NCBI GenBank assembly: GCA_023334545.1
Contig: JAADVB010000018.1
Span: 1 to 64,000 of the forward strand
DNA length: 64,000 nt
Origin: Salisapilia sapeloensis CBS 127946
Taxonomy: Eukaryota > Protista > Oomycota
Direction: 5' to 3'
In this document: positions 58,132 to 64,000 of the stretch, piece by piece
Layout: each line of letters begins with the position of its first letter
How positions within the stretch are numbered: the first letter of the stretch is position 1
Program-made: the position numbers and the translations under genes
Notes under the pieces: model-generated
Database searches by the model: none
What the model was told of the DNA's origin: nothing
What the model saw: the letters and a program-made list of their open reading frames with translations, nothing else

Positions 58132-61100
58132 TTACTGTGATTGCGGCCTGGTTTTCGATGTATCCGCTAAGTGTTTATTATAGTCCTTCAATGCAGTCTT
58201 CAGACGAGCTTCCCATGCTGATGTACTGCAATCCAACTCAAGTATTGGGTCATCTAAGATCTCTCTTAAAGTTTCTAGAGCCACATGGATGGGAATGAGA
58301 GGTAGCTGTAGGGATCTCAGTAACTGTTTCATCTTTCTTGCAAGAAGTCGACGTCTGCTACTTGATTCATCGTCCCAACGGAACTGGCACAATCTATTCT
58401 CTGTTTGCCGCCAAAAAGCATCGAGGATACCATGTATGCACATTAAATGGGCGTCAATATGATTAAACGTCATCTTATCCATACACTGCCTTTTAGAACT
58501 ATCCGATATCCTTTCTGAAGTGTCCATCTCAAGGATGTGAGTCAAGATAGACTCATACCGCGCTTGACTATGCAGGTTGAAATGATGCTCAGTTGTTGTG
58601 GTTTGAAAGTCAGGCTTTCTCCATCGTATTTGGATTGATGTGAATAGCAAGTATACCATATGAAGACGCTTCTGTTCAGCTTTTTCATCGGATTCAGACA
58701 TATTTTTAAGATGATGAAAAAGGAAAGGGCCAATACAGTGATTGTAGAGTATCAGATGAACTGCTTCCCATCTGTCTTCCTGTCGAATCGACTGCAGTCG
58801 TGCACAATGGCCGGCTGCCAAATGTTGGCATAAGGAGGCAATGGTGCGAGGTAGTTTATGTATTCTTGCATCGATACATTGAACAATGTCTTCATGGATA
58901 TTAGTAATGGATGATTCAGAGACCATGCTTTGTTTGAGTTCCCTCCATAGCTCATGTAGAAAGACCTGACCTTCCTGAGTACAAAATGCTACTAGTACTA
59001 GGCTCGCGGGACTCGGCCACTTGAATAAATGATTATATCCATTTGCATTTGTAGAAAAAGTAGTTTGATACTCGTCTTCAATCACCTTCATCACAAATAT
59101 AACTGTCAAGTCGTTGGTGCTTAAAAGAGGCAAAATAACTCGTAAGCAGTACAGACCAATCGACATGCCGTGTAAACTACGAATTGATGCCTGCGTCGTG
59201 GCGACGTATAGTGCTGTTGCCAGTTCTAAATCAGGTTGAAGAATCCTGTCATGTAAGCTGTTTAGCAACACCGAGTATTCATAATCGTTTTGTGCCGTTT
59301 CCAAGGCAAGCTGTTGATAGCGTTTTTCATAAGTTTTTCGACGTTTCATGCCTGCTCTTCGGCAGCAACAACAAAATGCACAGAATCTAATGTGACAACA
59401 AGAAGCATTGGACATGATGATGCAGCCAGACACTACTGTGATAAGCAACCACAAGAGATTGTCAAGTGCAGTCGTGATATTCGTAATTGCAGCAATTTCG
59501 TCAGAGGTGTTTGCTTGCTCTTCTGCACTATACTGTACATTGCAACGTACTGTAGCAGTGTAATCGTTATTGAATGACAGCTTTTTAATGGAAATCTCGA
59601 AAGTGTTTTTGTGCTTTTTGTTCCATGTGAACAAAGAGTAATCCCGGAAGTGGAGATGATGAAGTCCGTATTGGATGCTTTCTTTGAATCCAACTATCTT
59701 GACGAAGGACGCGTCAAATTCCCGATCAGTGAGTTTGTAAATGAGGGTCACATTCTGCTTGACATTTTCATAATCCATGTCTGCCGATACAACATAATCG
59801 CAGTTCCCATTCATTGGGCACTTCATTAGAATATCTTCGTCGGTAGGATTCAAGTTTGGAATTTCAAAAGTGGAAACGCTATCCATCGACTGAAGCACGA
59901 CCTCATACTGGTCTTTAATGCTGTCTGTGTCAACAAATGCGATAGGAGTAGATGTTACAGCTCCTCTTCCTGCTGATGAATTAAACGTAAAAGGTGGAAT
60001 AATCAGCAGCTCATTCTCACCTCCAAATACTTTAATAGATACGCTTCTTGTTATCGAATGTAACTTGGGTAAGTCGGATACATTAATATATGCTTCATAC
60101 CCGAATATCTTATACCCGAAGTGGTCCAAATCTTTAGAATTTGTGGTATGACTTTTGTTTTTAGCGGAGTTATAATAATCTTGATCGGGGATATACAGAA
60201 CCCTTCCGTTTGTATCTGTTATATGGTGTGATTGTCTAGTCAAGCGACCGCCAATTGCATCAAACAATGATAGTGTTGTTTGATTCCCTGCGCTGTCGAT
60301 AAACTGATATAAATGTCCATGCCTTGGAAAATAATTAATATCATACTTAATATGAGCACCTAAAAGTGGCCAGAAAGGTTCGACATCGTGTAATGTCACA
60401 AGCCGAATAGAGTTTTCCTCGAGTTCCAGCGTGCCAATATCGAGAACACTATGATCACTACAGTCAGGTGATGGCTCAAAAATAAATTGTATCTTGGCTA
60501 TTTCAGAAATTGGTCCATGCTCTTCTTCACTTAGTTGATACCACAATTCATCTGCAACTGCATGAGCTGTAGACATGTTTAAGTCCCACCCATGATAAAC
60601 GTACAGCAGCTCAGTCGAGAACTGCTTGACGCCAGTATCTCTGTCATAGATCTGTGATGTTCGGGCCGCGGTGGGATCAACATGGCTCTGAAAGCAGACC
60701 GTATTATTCATCGGCGAAAGATTGCAATCGTATAGCCGACCGTACTTTGGTAATCGTATAATCCTTACAAACTGCTTCCTATTCAAATGCTTTGCACCTT
60801 TTTCCATACCTTTGTCCCTTGCCTGCTCATCTATGGATTCACCTGCAAGATTCATATACACTGGAGTCGCCTTTTTTACTGCTATCGACTGGTTTAGGCG
60901 CTTAAGCCGTGGTACATCACTGACAGGATCAACAAAGATATCAATTGATCCGTTTACCAATGGGAGACTTTCAAGATTGCTGTTTCTCCATCCTGCGAAT
61001 GATATACTGGCATAAGGCTCTTTGCGTCGTGAAAAAGCGATTGGGTTTGGTAGTGGCAAGTTGTCATTGTTTTGGCCAGTCTCGGGATAAAAATAAATGT

Positions 61101-62685
61101 AGCGTTGATGTGCTTTTGGAAGCATTTGAAACTCTTCCAGCGTGCTTTCATTAATAGCTTTCTTATCTGGATATAAGAGCAGGTGACCAAATTCAGGATA
61201 TGTCTTTAACTGAAGCTGATAGTCGTCATAAACAGACAGGAACTGAGTCAAATCAAGCATGACAAGCTCATCTTCTTTTATGTTTACCGTGCGCTTTCGA
61301 GTAGGAAGCAGTCGTGAAGGTAATAGATACGCCCAGTTATTTGCTTTGACCATACTTTCGTCCAGGGATCTGTTGTATATGGCAAACTGAAAGATGTCGA
61401 AGTTCAATGGTGATGTGTTGTTGATGACAGCAGATTCCTGGCTTGCCGCACCGACTTTCTTTAACATCTTATCCTTTAAATCGATCTTAGCTTCTTGGCT
61501 CTCTAGCTGTGCATCTCGAAGCGCATTCATGGCGTAATCCACAATTGCCTCACCGTGCTCTTTCTTAAACTCGTCTATCTCTTCACGCATTAAAGCAAAC
61601 GGAGTATCCTCATTAAGTGGTGGAAGCTTGAAGCCAAGAATGTCAACTATGAAAGACTTTCCTTGAAAAAGCTGCATAGAATCGGGTACTTCAGGTCCGT
61701 CAAATCGTAGCAACTTCTGTCGAAGGAAATTTCGAAGCTGCTCTGTGGCGTTTAGCTCTCCAGGAGAGCGATAAATTCGCTCTGGAGCAACTGTGTAACG
61801 AGCCTTGCGCTTACTGAAGGATGGGTTGTACCCAAGGAACAATTGATAGTTTCCACGAATGCTGTCGAGATATAATGCGCTTGTCGATGGGCTTTTTGTG
61901 CTAGTCACAGAGCATTCTTTTAGTTCTAGTGTGACTGGGTCCGCGTAGCTGACAGTAAACGTCGCAGGCCAAACTGATAACACCGTGTCTGGACTTGTTG
62001 CAACAACTAGTCTGACGACTGGAACAGGTTCCGATAAGTTGTGGTGAAAGGGTAAGCGACACGATTGATCTCCGTCAATAGCTTTATGTAGTAACTCGTG
62101 GCAAGCTACAACTCCATTTTCTACTATGGGCAGAAAATATCGTAGTGCGGGGATGCCATCACTGGTAACTAAGATTTGGAAGCCATAGTCAGTGCACTCG
62201 TTGTATTCGTTTCCAATAGCAAGTATCGTCATGTAATCACTGTCGTTTTCACCAGTAATATGGTGAGGCCTAAGTACGATCTCGAACGTCATGCCACTAC
62301 TTTCACGGTGGGGGCTTAGGACGGATGAGAAGAAGCTACTAGCAATCGTCGCTTTCGAGGAAGTCAATAGACCGAACATACTACTTGATGGATTAGATTG
62401 AAGACGAATGCCAAGTTGATTATCATGCGCTTCCGTGTGGGGGTTTGTCACGCCTTTCGCAGATACTCGTAACGATCCGAACGGACATTGCAAAGATGTT
62501 TTTAAATCGGCAGGACTGACTTGATATTGCTTTATTCGTCCATCCACTAGGGATGAATTGTCAAACGTATACAGACACAGTAAAGCATCACGACCTGGCT
62601 CCTGAAAGAAAGCGTTCAATGCATAATCACCACGTGCAACTTGGAGTAAGGCAATCAGTGTCAAGATAATAATACCTGCCACCAT
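58132..62685 (-). CDS. Single-pass receptor-like protein: signal peptide, LamG-like region, cadherin/Ig-like repeats, TM, Cys-rich juxtamembrane segment, degenerate RasGAP-like domain
   Basis: MVAGIIILTLIALLQVARG leader; repeats PEFGHL, PKYGRL, PRHGHL and IFVDPVSDVP; TM LLWLLITVVSGCIIM; cytoplasmic LFKWPSPASLVL..EGQVFL..LPRTIASLC..LILYNHCIGP. Confidence 0.7.
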   Translation of the reverse strand: MVAGIIILTLIALLQVARGDYALNAFFQEPGRDALLCLYTFDNSSLVDGRIKQYQVSPADLKTSLQCPFGSLRVSAKGVTNPHTEAHDNQLGIRLQSNPSSSMFGLLTSSKATIASSFFSSVLSPHRESSGMTFEIVLRPHHITGENDSDYMTILAIGNEYNECTDYGFQILVTSDGIPALRYFLPIVENGVVACHELLHKAIDGDQSCRLPFHHNLSEPVPVVRLVVATSPDTVLSVWPATFTVSYADPVTLELKECSVTSTKSPSTSALYLDSIRGNYQLFLGYNPSFSKRKARYTVAPERIYRSPGELNATEQLRNFLRQKLLRFDGPEVPDSMQLFQGKSFIVDILGFKLPPLNEDTPFALMREEIDEFKKEHGEAIVDYAMNALRDAQLESQEAKIDLKDKMLKKVGAASQESAVINNTSPLNFDIFQFAIYNRSLDESMVKANNWAYLLPSRLLPTRKRTVNIKEDELVMLDLTQFLSVYDDYQLQLKTYPEFGHLLLYPDKKAINESTLEEFQMLPKAHQRYIYFYPETGQNNDNLPLPNPIAFSRRKEPYASISFAGWRNSNLESLPLVNGSIDIFVDPVSDVPRLKRLNQSIAVKKATPVYMNLAGESIDEQARDKGMEKGAKHLNRKQFVRIIRLPKYGRLYDCNLSPMNNTVCFQSHVDPTAARTSQIYDRDTGVKQFSTELLYVYHGWDLNMSTAHAVADELWYQLSEEEHGPISEIAKIQFIFEPSPDCSDHSVLDIGTLELEENSIRLVTLHDVEPFWPLLGAHIKYDINYFPRHGHLYQFIDSAGNQTTLSLFDAIGGRLTRQSHHITDTNGRVLYIPDQDYYNSAKNKSHTTNSKDLDHFGYKIFGYEAYINVSDLPKLHSITRSVSIKVFGGENELLIIPPFTFNSSAGRGAVTSTPIAFVDTDSIKDQYEVVLQSMDSVSTFEIPNLNPTDEDILMKCPMNGNCDYVVSADMDYENVKQNVTLIYKLTDREFDASFVKIVGFKESIQYGLHHLHFRDYSLFTWNKKHKNTFEISIKKLSFNNDYTATVRCNVQYSAEEQANTSDEIAAITNITTALDNLLWLLITVVSGCIIMSNASCCHIRFCAFCCCCRRAGMKRRKTYEKRYQQLALETAQNDYEYSVLLNSLHDRILQPDLELATALYVATTQASIRSLHGMSIGLYCLRVILPLLSTNDLTVIFVMKVIEDEYQTTFSTNANGYNHLFKWPSPASLVLVAFCTQEGQVFLHELWRELKQSMVSESSITNIHEDIVQCIDARIHKLPRTIASLCQHLAAGHCARLQSIRQEDRWEAVHLILYNHCIGPFLFHHLKNMSESDEKAEQKRLHMVYLLFTSIQIRWRKPDFQTTTTEHHFNLHSQARYESILTHILEMDTSERISDSSKRQCMDKMTFNHIDAHLMCIHGILDAFWRQTENRLCQFRWDDESSSRRRLLARKMKQLLRSLQLPLIPIHVALETLREILDDPILELDCSTSAWEARLKTALKDYNKHLADTSKTRPQSQ

Positions 62686-62832
62686 CCTTTTCAGCTGGAC
62701 TTTCGTTTGTGTATCATGCAAGTAAACGCTTTGAAAAAGACGTGAAAGTAAATTGGCAACTTTGATCACTTCTTGCATAATCTCTTTCAACACTACCTCC
62801 ATGAAATTGAAATCTGCCGGTGACTTTCACGC

Positions 62833-64000
62833 TTAGGCTACTTCGTTCCATCTCGTTTCCAATTCCATCATCCTCATTTGATTTTGAAGTGGAGCAACAT
62901 TGTTTGCAGCAGCACTGGCATTGCGAGATGCAATCGCAGCATCAGCACCAAAGCTCGTGTTGTACCACCCGAGACTATCGCTTCCATGCAAGTATCCATC
63001 GCCACCTCCCCAACTTAGTGCACCATCCATGATAGTAGAGGCAAGCATAGATGCTGAGTAGTTATTCGCTAGTATGGATTGCATCTGCGCTTGTTGTAGA
63101 ATTTGCAGCATCTGTGGTACGGTTTGATGCCACACTTGCTTCCTGACTCTCGCAAAAGCCAGTAGCTCGGCCAAGTCTTGCTTACTACATGCTTCACGCC
63201 ATAATGATTGCATGCGAGGAGAGTACATATCACATGCTTTACTATCACCATCGGCGACTCCATTCACTTGCATTTGGTCTGCCATAGCCGTTCCTTTGAT
63301 ATGCTTTCCATAGCACTCGGGACAAATGTTGACATGTTCAAAGCCGTACCAGAGCCGATCATCACTTACTGGTTTCCACGTCGGGCAGTTTGGAGTTGAA
63401 TGCACCTGATGTACATAATCGGAGAAGATATTAAAGACGCCCATGTCTAGCGCTTCTTCCAGCTTTTTCATGTACTCGAGAAAACGAGGTGATGCCGGAT
63501 GCAAATCACATAATTTGGGTTGCATACTTGGATTGGGAACGGCAGAAAAGAACTTGGATGCTCCAAAGGTATGTAGGATACCGTTCATGCAAGCAGGACA
63601 AATGTCAAAGTTCGAGACAGGTGAGTCGGCGAAGTTATAAAATGTATGCGATTCAATGCCTTCCTTTGAACATGGTGGGCATTGATTGACCGCAGACGAA
63701 GCGTCGAGGAACAGAGAGAAGTCTTTTCGATCGACTGCCACTACCCAGGCTACGAAAATTGGAAAATAAGACATGGCACAAGGAACCGTTCGCCCCCATT
63801 TGAGTCCCTCTGCTTCTTTAAATTCTGAAGCATACTCAGTTGGAGCGACTTCATCCAAGTAACAGGCGTGGCAGATCGTAAGACCTGGAATAGGATGCTT
63901 GGTGGTGAAAAAATGGGTATCTGACATAAGCATGGAAGAACCTTCGCACTTGAGTGGAAGCTGCATTCGGACAGTAGCGCCTTGGACGAACTCGTCCCAA
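62833..64000 (-). CDS. Cys-rich protein with repeated CxxC zinc-finger-like units, 5'-truncated by the window edge
   Basis: LTICHACYLD, FDICPACMNG, VNICPECYGKH, CDLHP/CDMYSPRM repeats; the frame stays open to nt 64000 (WDEFVQGATVR before the track's Met). Confidence 0.75.
   Translation of the reverse strand, partial: WDEFVQGATVRMQLPLKCEGSSMLMSDTHFFTTKHPIPGLTICHACYLDEVAPTEYASEFKEAEGLKWGRTVPCAMSYFPIFVAWVVAVDRKDFSLFLDASSAVNQCPPCSKEGIESHTFYNFADSPVSNFDICPACMNGILHTFGASKFFSAVPNPSMQPKLCDLHPASPRFLEYMKKLEEALDMGVFNIFSDYVHQVHSTPNCPTWKPVSDDRLWYGFEHVNICPECYGKHIKGTAMADQMQVNGVADGDSKACDMYSPRMQSLWREACSKQDLAELLAFARVRKQVWHQTVPQMLQILQQAQMQSILANNYSASMLASTIMDGALSWGGGDGYLHGSDSLGWYNTSFGADAAIASRNASAAANNVAPLQNQMRMMELETRWNEVA

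Noticed and set aside
1-64000. tRNA, rRNA, CRISPR arrays, telomeric repeats, intact transposons
   Set aside because: None recognised by eye; tRNAscan-SE, Infernal and RepeatMasker runs would be needed to exclude them formally.

Overview
Eukaryotic, gene-dense window, most likely from an oomycete or related stramenopile. This is inferred from the protein repertoire, short 46-60 nt GT-AG introns and intergenic gaps that are often under 180 bp. I can support about 32 protein-coding loci; many are multi-exon, and I rebuilt the exon joins by hand because the ORF track splits them. Housekeeping genes include H2A, a LigI-type ligase, UTP14, QCR7, VAMP7, NASP, CBP80, a DDT/PHD chromatin factor, PIS, otubain and an R2R3 Myb. 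The accessory part (about 4-7 kb and 17-28 kb) holds a three-copy ethanolamine-permease-like array (one pseudogene plus an inverted intact pair with patchy near-identity), a twice-present unidentified repeat with a long stem-loop core, and a frameshifted SWEET-like gene. The best candidate for an undescribed system is a signal-peptide-bearing TPR-GT41(OGT-like)-TPR-GT4-like double glycosyltransferase whose stop lies 36 bp from the stop of a roughly 1900-aa secreted EGF/Calx-beta/filamin/PA14 adhesin-like gene. Also notable: a single-pass receptor with cadherin/Ig-like repeats and a degenerate RasGAP domain, a doubled mariner-type HTH gene without a transposase core, and a small spliced gene absent from the ORF track. 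No tRNA, rRNA or CRISPR array was recognised. All family assignments come from motif recall, not database searches.
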